Shown one piece after another: positions 47,795 to 56,019 of a stretch of 64,000 nucleotides of DNA. Made by a program: the position numbers and the translations under genes. A model generated the notes under the pieces. It was given only the letters and a program-made list of their open reading frames with translations. It did not search any database and had not been told where the DNA came from. Origin of the DNA: a virus (lineage: Duplodnaviria > Heunggongvirae > Uroviricota > Caudoviricetes); IMG/VR virus record IMGVR_UViG_3300043080_000590, positions 258,386 through 322,385 of that record. One strand, written 5' to 3'. How positions within the stretch are numbered: the stretch's first letter is position 1; the number at the start of each line of letters is the position of its first letter.

Positions 47795-47901
47795 AACAAA
47801 TATATAGGGCAGGAACTGTCCGAATTTACGCCTGTGGAGATAGTAGGTTGCGAGGTCTGAGAAACAGGAAGCCCGTTGGCTTTAGACAACGGGTAGTTCA
47901 C
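47795..47901 (+). ncRNA. Putative TnpB omega-RNA (right-end element RNA) scaffold
   Basis: A GC-rich structured right end lies directly 3' of tnpB (…gcccgttggctttagacaacgggtag…). By the known architecture of TnpB systems, the guide would be the about 16 nt immediately downstream (atttatacaactaatg). Confidence 0.4.
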
Positions 47902-48118
47902 ATTTATACAACTAATGAAGATGCTATAAATACTATAATAGTTAATATTGGTGAAGATTATGTAAATGATTTTAAAGAAAAGTATTATTCAGAAAAATAT
48001 TATTAATATAATTTAAATGTTGTAAGGCAGGTAATGTAACAGTTATCTGCTTTTTTTGTATATAAAATATATTCTTTTTTAATAGATTTATTTTTTTAAT
48101 AAAAAGGTGGGTAATATA

Positions 48119-48634
48119 ATGAAAAGATTATTAAAGAAAGCATCTAAATCTTTGAATTTAGATTTGAATGCTGTTTTTAATCTTTGCAATAGTGAAGATT
48201 GCTTTGATTATATTGAAGATAATTTCAATTGGTACGATTTTTGCTCAGACTACGTAGAATATGAATATGACGAAAATTCAGTAGATACTTATGATATTAC
48301 AATTAGTGAAAATTCAGTATTAAGAATTGTTAAAGAGTTTTTAGAAGAAAATATTGTTTTTCCTAGTAATATTCAAGAATGTTTAGACTTATTTAAAGAC
48401 AATAATTTATCTGAACTTAAAAATACATATTTAAAAAATTGTGATATCTTTGATTATTTAAATGATGAAGAAGCTATTGAAGAAATTAAACAAATTAGTG
48501 GTTTTAATGCAGAAAAATTAAAAAAGGCTGTATTGAATTGTCTTGTTGAATCTTGGATTTTTGCAGAAAAATATGGTCAAGTAGAAAGAAACATAATTGA
48601 AATAGGTAATGAATACGCAGACGAATTTAAATAA
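48119..48634 (+). CDS. Hypothetical protein, intact paralog of the IS-interrupted gene
   Basis: RBS AAAGGTGG. Conserved motifs N(F)xWYDFC and ...ECLDLFK...LSELK are shared with 45764. Confidence 0.5.
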   Translation: MKRLLKKASKSLNLDLNAVFNLCNSEDCFDYIEDNFNWYDFCSDYVEYEYDENSVDTYDITISENSVLRIVKEFLEENIVFPSNIQECLDLFKDNNLSELKNTYLKNCDIFDYLNDEEAIEEIKQISGFNAEKLKKAVLNCLVESWIFAEKYGQVERNIIEIGNEYADEFK

Positions 48635-48789
48635 GAGGAAATTTGCAGTTTTGAATGTTATCTTAACATATAAAAATTCTTCTTTAAAAAAATAATTATA
48701 TTTTTATATAAGTAGGTAAATAAAATGTTTACCTACTTATTTTTTGTGCGTAAACATATTATTAAATTATTTTATAAGGAGGAAATAAT

Positions 48790-49047
48790 ATGGATATGGA
48801 TTTACATATTAAAACTTTTAATAAATCTCAAATGAATGAGATATTAAAATTATTAGCTTGGATGGAGCTGTGTGGTAATATTGGTCATTGTTCAGATTTT
48901 ACAGTAAGATTTGATGGCGATGGTCAAGCTAATTTAAAAGTTAGTTTCGATAATGAAGCTATACAAAATTCTTATGATGAAATGAGAAGAAAGTCACTTA
49001 GACAATATGATGAAAGTAGTAAAGAACCAAAGTTTATTATTGAGTAA
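48790..49047 (+). CDS. Hypothetical small protein
   Basis: 85 aa with RBS AAGGAGG. Confidence 0.4.
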   Translation: MDMDLHIKTFNKSQMNEILKLLAWMELCGNIGHCSDFTVRFDGDGQANLKVSFDNEAIQNSYDEMRRKSLRQYDESSKEPKFIIE

Positions 49048-49062
49048 AGGAGGAACAAAGTT

Positions 49063-50019
49063 TTGATTTTAGAAAATCAAACAGTTGTTATTCAATGGAC
49101 GGGGCGTAATAGAAAAGAATATGAGGAATTAGGATATATCTTTACTAAATTTGGAGACCCGTTAGAAATTAAAGTAGAACATTTACATAAAGGTTCTCAT
49201 GAAGAAGTTTGGTATGAATGTGATAATTGTCAAAAAAAAGATAAAAGAGAATATAGAAAACTTCTTAAACAAGATATACATTATTGTAAAAAATGTTGTA
49301 CAATTAGACGAGAAGAAACTTGTATGAAAAAATATGGAGTAAAAAATACATTTCAGAGTGAAGAAAAAAAGGAAAAAATGCGACAAACTTGGAATAGAAA
49401 ATATGGAGTAGATAGCCCTTTAAAAAATAAAGAAATACACGATAAAGTAGAAGCAACCTGTATGAAAAAATATGGGGTAAAAAATACTTTTCAAGTAAAA
49501 GAGTTTCAAGAAAAAGGTAGACAGACAATAATTGAACGCTATGGAGAAGATTATTATAAAGAAAAAGCACTTACAATGATAAGAGCTTTAAATAATAAAA
49601 ATAGCTCAACAAGAACTTCTAATAATCAAGCAAGTATTTGTAATTGGACAAATGGTACTTTAAATTATAGAGTAAATAAATATTCTTTAGATATTAGAGT
49701 AAATGATAATTTGTATATTGAATACGATGGTTCAGGACATACATTACCTGTTATTTTAAAACAAGTTTCTAAAAAAGTTTTTAAGAAAAAAGAATTATAC
49801 AGAAACAAATATATGGAAAACTTGGGATATAAACTTATAAGGGTTATTAATCGTCAAGATGTTGATTTAAATAAAGATGAATTTTTAAAGTTATATAATT
49901 TCTGTGTTGATTATCTTAAAAATACAAATTATAAATGGATAAAAATTTATTATGACAAACAAATTGTTATAAGTAATATTTTTAAAAAAACTTTTGAAGA
50001 GGTGATAAATAATGAGTAA
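49063..50019 (+). CDS. Putative free-standing homing-endonuclease-like protein: N-terminal triplicated KYGVxNTFQ modules plus C-terminal Vsr/DUF559-like (PD-(D/E)xK) nuclease domain
   Basis: Three repeats of C(M)KKYGVKNTFQ... are present. The C-terminal segment YIEYDGSGH...ENLGYKLIRV resembles the DUF559/Vsr fold. It abuts the gyrB start, and the stop and start overlap. Confidence 0.45.
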   Translation: MILENQTVVIQWTGRNRKEYEELGYIFTKFGDPLEIKVEHLHKGSHEEVWYECDNCQKKDKREYRKLLKQDIHYCKKCCTIRREETCMKKYGVKNTFQSEEKKEKMRQTWNRKYGVDSPLKNKEIHDKVEATCMKKYGVKNTFQVKEFQEKGRQTIIERYGEDYYKEKALTMIRALNNKNSSTRTSNNQASICNWTNGTLNYRVNKYSLDIRVNDNLYIEYDGSGHTLPVILKQVSKKVFKKKELYRNKYMENLGYKLIRVINRQDVDLNKDEFLKLYNFCVDYLKNTNYKWIKIYYDKQIVISNIFKKTFEEVINNE

Positions 50020-50329
50020 TAATTATGATGTTGGGCAAATATCGTCTTTGGAAGGATTAAAATCCGTGCAATGTAAGCCAGCCATGTATGTAGGTTCTAC
50101 CTCCCAAGATGGTGTAAACCAAATAATTTATGAAGTATGGGATAATTCATTTGATGAATACAATGCAGGGTATGGAAATAGTGTTGATGTTCTTATTGAT
50201 AAGGACAATTATATAACTATTGAAGACCACGGTAGAGGTATTCCTGTTGGACCTCATGCTACTTGGAAAAATCCCGATGGTACACCGCAAGATACATTAA
50301 CAGGCGTATTAACAAGATTACACTCAGGT
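50012..50329 (+). CDS. gyrB: DNA gyrase subunit B, exon 1 (ATPase N-terminus, ends ...TRLHSG)
   Basis: Sequence ...VQCKPAMYVGSTS...EVWDNSFDE...EDHGRGIPV... is GyrB-like. The ORF stops 5 codons into intron 1. Confidence 0.8.
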
Positions 50330-50661
50330 AAGGGAATGATTGCTTGAGTATAAAACCACTTTAATTGAATTTTATATAAATAAAAATAATATAAAATTGC
50401 TGGAAACCTCTAAGATTTAAATTACTACAACATAATCGGAAATGATAGGTGTGAAAGTTAAAAAAATTTAAAATACATGAGCAATCAGCAGCCAAAATTC
50501 TAAGTATGATTAAGTTATATATGAATAAGGTTCAACGACTATCGAAAACGTAAGAAATATTTTTACAAGTGAGTAGAGTACATATATGAAAATATATGGA
50601 AACGAGTGGCACATTTTTTATGTGAAGATATAGTCTAATTTATATTGAAAAATATAAGTTG
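50330..50661 (+). ncRNA. Group I intron 1 (ORF-less, 332 nt)
   Basis: P1 forms between exon CUCAGGU and the IGS GCUUGAG at 50343-50349, with a U-G wobble at the splice site. Core elements are P aattgctggaaa (50393), Q aatcagcagcc (50481), R gttcaacgactatcg (50529) and S aagatatagtct (50624). The 3' terminal nucleotide is G, and the spliced product reads LHSG|GKLF. Confidence 0.8.
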
Positions 50662-51658
50662 GGTAAATTATTTGCTAATGGGGAATCAGGATATTTTAGT
50701 ACGATAGGCACGTATGGTCTGGGAGCAAAACTTACTAACGCTTTATCTGATGATTTTATCGCTAAAGTGAAAAGAAATGGTAGAATTTATCGGCAAACAT
50801 TTAAAAAAGGTAGACCTACCTCTGATGTTGAAATTATTGGTACTGTTGATTTAAATGATACAGGAACTAAAATTACGTTTCATCCTGACTCTACAATATT
50901 TAAAACGACAATTCAACCAAATGATAAAAAATTACAAAACAGACTTGATGAAATAACTTCTTTAAATACTAATTTAAAAGTTAATTATAAAAATGAATTG
51001 GCTAATGTAGATACAACATTTTATTATCCTAATGGTATCGCTGATTATATAAATAAGAAGTTGTTAAAAGATAAAAAACTTTTGTTCGAAGAACCAATTT
51101 ATTATTCAAGTGAATACGTGGATAATGATGAAACTATTAAAGTTGAATTTTCTTTAATGTATGTTGATGATGTGGAAAGTAATGAAATTATTAAAACATT
51201 TGCTAATAATGTATCAACAAAAGAACACGGTACACATTTAGTAGGTTTTAAAGAGGGTTACAAAGAAGCTATTAATCAATATTCAATAAGTAAAAAATGG
51301 ATAACCGAACCCATTGAGATTAAATATCTAATGGATAATATTTGTTTAATTGTATCTGTTAAGTTAAGAGAATGTGAGCTTGATGGACAAACAAAAAATA
51401 AATTAGGTAATTTAATAGCTAAAGATGGTGTTGCTAATGTTGTTAAAGAATACTTTAATAAATTAAGTAAAGAACAACAAGTAGTAATACAAACAATAGT
51501 TGAAAGAGCTAATAAAGTAAAAGAAGCAGAAGAAGCTGCAAGGAGAGCAAGAATAAACACAAGGACTGCTAATAAAATAAAGAAAATAGCATTACCTGGT
51601 AAACTTGCTGATTGTAGTAGCAATAAAGGATATAGTGAGTTATTCTTAGTTGAAGGAG
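50662..51658 (+). CDS. gyrB: DNA gyrase subunit B, exon 2 (…GKLFANGESGY…LADCSSNKGYSELFLVEG)
   Basis: GyrB ATPase-transducer and the start of TOPRIM. The ORF-track ORF is 50659-51666. The exact 3' boundary is uncertain by 1-2 nt. Confidence 0.75.
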
Positions 51659-52038
51659 TAGCCTAAGGCAGAAACTCCCTATTAAGTAGTAATATTTAAT
51701 AGAAAATTTCTTTAATTGCTGGAAGTTCCTAAAATTAATTATACCTTATAAAAGGTTGCGAAAGTAGAAAAAAATAATTAAATGATATATGGTGATAGTA
51801 AACCTAAGTATTATAAGAAATAATAATTTCTAACAATGGATAATCAGCAACAAAATATATAAATAAAAAATATATATGTTCAACGACTATGCTTTAAAAA
51901 GCAGTAGGATAAAAGTTTATCTGAAATGGGAAAATACTTAAATGTTTAAGTATATGATATAGTCTATGCACTAATGAAAGTTAGTGAAAAACTAAATGTT
52001 TTTATTATAGTTTAACAAACTATGGTTAATGTAATTAG
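51659..52038 (+). ncRNA. Group I intron 2 (ORF-less, about 380 nt), same subfamily as intron 1
   Basis: Core elements are P aattgctggaag (51711), Q aatcagcaac (51843), R gttcaacgactatgc (51879) and S atgatatagtcta (51954). The 3' end is G at 52038. The 5' junction is placed by protein homology (EG|DSAGG). Confidence 0.7.
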
Positions 52039-52106
52039 ATTCTGCTGGTGGTTCAGCAAAGAACGCAAGATATAGAGAATTTCAAGCTATATTACCATTA
52101 AGAGGT
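52039..52106 (+). CDS. gyrB: DNA gyrase subunit B, exon 3 ((D)[22 protein letters not shown])
   Basis: 68-nt micro-exon encoding the invariant [16 protein letters not shown] segment. It is absent from the ORF track. Confidence 0.75.
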
Positions 52107-52416
52107 AAGGAATTTGCCTCTACATTTCTAACTGTTTGATATAACAGGGTATGCTTAAAAACGATTTAAATTCGTTTTAAGGCTTGCTAACGAGGAAAGC
52201 TTAACATTATACATATAAGTCAAAATATGTTCAGGTGAAGTCAATCTCGTGCGAAATATAGCGATTTAATAATCGCTGTTCGTGTATCGACTATCCTAAG
52301 TTAGATTAGGAGTACAGGTTTTATAAAACTTGGAAATGGAATGACCGTTTTAAAAAGTTTGACAAACTTATAGGCTAAGAAATAGTCAGTGCTATTAGAA
52401 ATAATAGATTATAATG
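52107..52416 (+). ncRNA. Group I intron 3 (ORF-less, 310 nt), different subfamily
   Basis: P1 forms between exon AGAGGU and the IGS GCCUCU at 52116-52121, with a U-G wobble at the splice site. The 3' terminal nucleotide is G at 52416. The spliced product reads LRG|KILNTEKA. Confidence 0.7.
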
Positions 52417-53216
52417 AAAATCCTTAATACTGAAAAAGCCAGTTTTGAAAAAGCATTAAATTCAGATGTTATTAAATCATTTATTGCTGCAATAGGAACA
52501 GGTATAGGAAAGAATTTTAATATAGATAAATGTAGATATGATAAAATAATTATGATGTGTTTTACAGAAGATACGCAAGTAAAACTTTTAAATGGTACAA
52601 ATCCAACTTTTAAAGAATTAGTTGAAATGGAAGAAAAAAATCCCAATCAAACTTATGAAGTTTATTCAAAAAATAGTAATGGAAAAATTGTACACGGTAA
52701 AGCACATAACCCAAGAATTACAAGTTATATTCACGAATTAGTTGAGTTGACATTAAATAATAATGAGGTTGTTAAATGTACAAGAAATCATTTATTTATG
52801 CTTAATGATGGTACATATAAAGAAGCTCAATTATTAACGACAGAAGATTGTTTAATGAGTATGCAGGAAGAATGTAATAGGATTATTAATAAACAAATTG
52901 TTACTCTTGACCATTTAATTCCTGTCTATGATATAACAGTAGAGGAATATCATAACTTTGCTTTAAATAGTGGTGTGTTTGTTCATAACTGTGATGCGGA
53001 CGTTGACGGTTATCATATCTCAAACTTAATTTTAACTTTTATATATAATTATATGCGACCTTTAATTGAAAATGGTTATATATATTTAACAGTACCACCT
53101 CTTTATAAAGTTATTACTAAAAAGGAAAGTCTTTATATAAGAGATGATATTGAGTTAAAAGAATATAAAAAGAAACACCCAAGAGAAAATTTAGAAGTAC
53201 AAAGATTTAAGGGGCT
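52417..53216 (+). CDS. gyrB: DNA gyrase subunit B, exon 4 (TOPRIM), containing a mini-intein
   Basis: Sequence KILNTEKASF...IGTGIGKNF...KIIMM[intein]CDADVDG...PPLYKV...QRFKGL. The ORF-track ORF is 52414-53250. Confidence 0.8.
52558..52989 (+). other. Mini-intein (144 aa, no endonuclease domain) in the GyrB TOPRIM motif
   Basis: It starts CFTEDTQVKL with Cys1. Block-B-like CTRNH is present. It ends GVFVHN and is followed by Cys+1. Removing it restores IIMM-CDADVDG, matching the conserved IIMTDADVDG motif. Confidence 0.75.
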
Positions 53217-53587
53217 AACTCTTTGTCCTGACCCCTATTCATTTTATTAAGTAAGTTTAATACTTGCAAACGGAAAGAGCCTAAGTATGTTTAGAAAAAT
53301 ATTTTTGTAATAATTTAAAATATTTTTGCAATATAAGGTAATCCCGTGGGAAGATATTTAGAAAATATTTTTTTAGAAAGTGTTTTTTAGAAAGTGTTTT
53401 TAAATAATTATTTTTTAAATATAGCCTGTACAGACTAAAGGTAGGAAACCTTGTAGGAATAAATTAAATTCCGAAACAGTGAATAGTTATATTATGTTGG
53501 TATTGTTTTTATAAATCTTTAAATACTGTTAAAATAATATAAATAAAGATATAGTCGGCGGTTTATAGAAATATAAATTAAACGCAT
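53217..53587 (+). ncRNA. Group I intron 4 (ORF-less, about 371 nt)
   Basis: P1 forms between exon AAGGGGCU and the IGS GACCCCU at 53230-53236, with U53216 wobble-paired to G53230. An S-like aagatatagtcgg lies at 53546 and R-like gtacagactaaa and P-like aatcccgtgggaag are present. It contains a 15-nt tandem repeat at 53377-53406. Confidence 0.65.
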
Positions 53588-53774
53588 AGGAGAAATGGAT
53601 TACGAAGAACTCAAAGTCACTACAATGGACCCAGCAACAAGAGTGTTAGAAAAGATTGCTATTGATGATGTTGAAGAAATGGTAGAAGCATTTAATGTAT
53701 GTATGGGAAGTAATGTAGAGATAAGAAGAAAATTTATTGAAGAAAACGCTCAGTCAGTAAATTTAGATAATTAA
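53588..53774 (+). CDS. gyrB: DNA gyrase subunit B, exon 5 (C-terminus (L)GEMDYEELKVTTMDPATRVLEKIAIDD...FIEENAQSVNLDN)
   Basis: It matches the conserved GyrB C-terminus GLGEMNxEQLWETTMDP...RRxFIEENA. It is absent from the ORF track. The 5' boundary is uncertain by 1-3 nt. Confidence 0.7.
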
Positions 53775-53822
53775 AATTGTTTTATATCGTATTTTTACTA
53801 TAAATAAAACAAGGAGTGTTGG

Positions 53823-54032
53823 ATGATGAATAAAATCAAAAATAGATTAAATAAATTTGCAGCTGATGAAGAATGGACAGTTGAAACAGCTTGGGATAAG
53901 TTGTTAGATTTAGGTGTAAGTGAAGAAACATTACAGGTAGTAACAGACATAAATGGTTATAGATTGGATGTACTTGAAGATGTTCTTTATGCAACACAAG
54001 GTTATCATTCTTTTGACCAACTTGATGATTAA
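53823..54032 (+). CDS. Hypothetical small acidic protein
   Basis: 69 aa with RBS AAGGAG. Confidence 0.4.
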   Translation: MMNKIKNRLNKFAADEEWTVETAWDKLLDLGVSEETLQVVTDINGYRLDVLEDVLYATQGYHSFDQLDD

Positions 54033-54042
54033 TTATTTTAAT

Positions 54043-54078
54043 AAAGTCTTACTTTTTTAGTAAGGCTTTATTTTTTTA
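54043..54078 (+). terminator. Rho-independent terminator
   Basis: aaagtcttac(ttttttag)taaggcttta followed by TTTTTTT. Confidence 0.65.
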
Positions 54079-54127
54079 TTTAAAAATAATATAATAAATC
54101 AAATAATTTAAAAAAGGAGATAATTTT

Positions 54128-54499
54128 ATGAGTTTGGCAAATATTTTAACAGAAGCAGTAGAACTTAATGTTATACCTAATGATAAGAAACTTTATGTTG
54201 TATATGATATTAATGAAGTAAAGTTTGATAATGAATTACACCCTAAATTATTAGATTGGTTAAATGAAGATTGTTACAAAAATTGTGATTATATTGCATT
54301 TCTTATTTATTTTTTTGATATAAAGGGTAATAATTACAATCCTGTTATACTTACAAATGGAAGATTACAAATTGTAAATTATTCGGCAGTAGGAATGTAT
54401 TCTTATGATGATTTTTATAATGCTAAGATATTTAATAATAAAAATATTTTTGTTAATAACGGTGTTAATATTATTAATAGAGGCATTGACAAAGAATAA
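54128..54499 (+). CDS. Hypothetical protein
   Basis: 123 aa with RBS AAGGAG. Confidence 0.4.
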   Translation: MSLANILTEAVELNVIPNDKKLYVVYDINEVKFDNELHPKLLDWLNEDCYKNCDYIAFLIYFFDIKGNNYNPVILTNGRLQIVNYSAVGMYSYDDFYNAKIFNNKNIFVNNGVNIINRGIDKE

Positions 54500-54514
54500 A
54501 AAATATGGTATAAT
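54486..54514 (+). promoter_or_regulatory. Conserved-family promoter with extended -10 (TTGACA-17-TGgTATAAT)
   Basis: TTGACA at 54486-54491 and TGGTATAAT at 54506-54514. Confidence 0.7.
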
Positions 54515-54534
54515 GAAGTAAGGTGATAATGATT

Positions 54535-54693
54535 GATGAATAAAACAAAAGAAATAATTATTTCACTTGTTTATTTTTTAATAATACTAATAGTGGCGAT
54601 TTTTTATAGTGTATTAGAATTTGCAATACTAGTTATCTTTCTCTTTTGTTTTGCAATTTATTTAATATACAATTTTATAAAAAAGAAAGGGTA
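54535..54693 (+). CDS. Unlisted small membrane peptide (52 aa)
   Basis: The ATG follows AAGGTGA. It has two TM-like segments and is the first ORF after the promoter at 54486. Confidence 0.35.
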
Positions 54694-54701
54694 AATTTTA
54701 A

Positions 54702-55337
54702 ATGTATAAAATTATAATATTTAATACAATATTTAGTATAGTATTAGGTTTTTTAATATTATCAACGTATAAACTTGTTCGTTATAATAAACCTTTAGAA
54801 AATAAAGTTGCTACTATTTTTTCGTCTTTTGTTATTGGATATTTATATTATTATTTAATACAAACCATTCCAATAACCTTTAATTATTTTGTAATTGCTT
54901 TAAGTAGTATTATATTTTCATACTTAGTTGCTCGTTTAATTGATACACGGGTTGTCAATAAAATTATAGAGATTTTAAAAATAAGAAGGACAAGTAATCC
55001 TATAATTTGGACGGATTTAATTGATATGAAAAATACAATGAAGTTAGAAATAAAAATGTCTGATGGATATAAATATATAGGCTATATGGGTGTTACTGAG
55101 GAATACAATCAAACTCCTATGGTATCTTTATATGGTTATAAAGTTTTTAATATTCAAAATGAAATAATAGCAGACTATTCAAAGATTCCTAATAGATTGA
55201 TTGTTTTGAATACTGCAAAAGCAACTTCTATTGAAGTTATATATGGAAAGAATACTATCAAAGGAAAAGAATATAAAGAGTTTTTAGAAAACATAAAAGA
55301 TGAAGATTATAATTATGTATTTGAGAAAGGAGAATGA
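54702..55337 (+). CDS. Membrane-anchored hypothetical protein
   Basis: 211 aa with N-terminal TM helices. Confidence 0.4.
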   Translation: MYKIIIFNTIFSIVLGFLILSTYKLVRYNKPLENKVATIFSSFVIGYLYYYLIQTIPITFNYFVIALSSIIFSYLVARLIDTRVVNKIIEILKIRRTSNPIIWTDLIDMKNTMKLEIKMSDGYKYIGYMGVTEEYNQTPMVSLYGYKVFNIQNEIIADYSKIPNRLIVLNTAKATSIEVIYGKNTIKGKEYKEFLENIKDEDYNYVFEKGE

Positions 55338-55805
55338 GTGTTGAGAAAAGTAGCTATTTATACAGATGGAGCTTGTTCAGGAAATCCTGGCAAAGGTGGA
55401 TATGCTTTTATTTTAAGAACTAAGATTGAAGATAAAATACACGAAAAATCTTTTAGTAAAGGCTATCAAATGACAACTAATAATAGAATGGAACTATTAG
55501 GTGTTATAGATGCTTTATCAAGATTAAAATATCCTTGTGAGGTAACTGTTTATTGTGATAGTCAGTATGTAGTAAATGCAATAAATAAGAATTGGTTGCA
55601 AAGTTGGATAAATAATAATTGGAAAAATGGCACGGTTAAAAATATTGATTTATGGAAAAAACTTTTACCTCTTTTAGGAGAACATACAGTAAAGTTTGTA
55701 TGGGTAAAAGGTCATAGTGACAATGTTTTCAATAATAGATGTGATGAATTAGCTGTACAGGCTATGAGTGGTGAACTATTTATTGACGAGGGATATAATA
55801 AATAG
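55338..55805 (+). CDS. rnhA: Ribonuclease HI
   Basis: Motifs VAIYTDGACSGNPG, NNRMEL, VYCDSQYV and VKGHSD..N.CDELA are present. The GTG start follows AAAGGAG. Confidence 0.8.
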   Translation: MLRKVAIYTDGACSGNPGKGGYAFILRTKIEDKIHEKSFSKGYQMTTNNRMELLGVIDALSRLKYPCEVTVYCDSQYVVNAINKNWLQSWINNNWKNGTVKNIDLWKKLLPLLGEHTVKFVWVKGHSDNVFNNRCDELAVQAMSGELFIDEGYNK

Positions 55806-55824
55806 AAAGAAAGGAGTAATATTT

Positions 55825-56007
55825 ATGCAAACACCTGAATTAGAATTTCAATATAAACAAGTTGTTCATAAGGAAACAGGAAAATTATTTACTGTATATA
55901 ATGTAAGAGATAAAAATGGTTTTCCATTTTTCTTAATATTTGATAATAATGAATGGAAATATGTTTCTGCTAAATATTTTACTCCTATGGTATGGAGAAA
56001 TATATAA
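55825..56007 (+). CDS. Hypothetical small protein
   Basis: The ATG follows AAAGGAG. The ORF-track start at 55768 lies inside rnhA. Confidence 0.4.
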   Translation: MQTPELEFQYKQVVHKETGKLFTVYNVRDKNGFPFFLIFDNNEWKYVSAKYFTPMVWRNI

Positions 56008-56019
56008 GGAATTGATGTT

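Larger units (their letters stand above)
46190..47901 (+). mobile_element. IS200/IS605-family insertion sequence (tnpA plus tnpB), about 1.7 kb, no target duplication
   Basis: A Y1 transposase and a TnpB are present. The GC-rich left and right ends carry subterminal hairpins and share TGGCTTTAGAC(G/A)...GGG and AGGTTGC motifs. The boundaries are set where homology with the paralog breaks, give or take a few nt. Confidence 0.75.
45764..48006 (+). pseudogene. Gene of a two-member paralogous family interrupted by IS200/IS605 insertion
   Basis: The N-terminal 142 codons (45764-46189) align with the paralog at 48119-48634. The IS-derived tail is IRQPQSHWL. The C-terminal remnant at 47902-48006 (…NTIIVNIGEDYVNDFK…) aligns with the paralog C-terminus NIIEIGNEYADEFK. 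Confidence 0.6.

Noticed and set aside
47242-47901. Minus-strand ORFs 47242-47445 and 47554-47901 within tnpB and the IS right end
   Set aside because: They are antisense to tnpB and the omega-RNA region and have low-complexity translation.
50330-53587. The possibility that gyrB is a set of pseudogene fragments (decayed gene)
   Set aside because: Every conserved GyrB segment is present exactly once and in order. The gaps have group I core elements and P1 pairings. The in-frame insert has intein termini. This is more consistent with splicing than decay.
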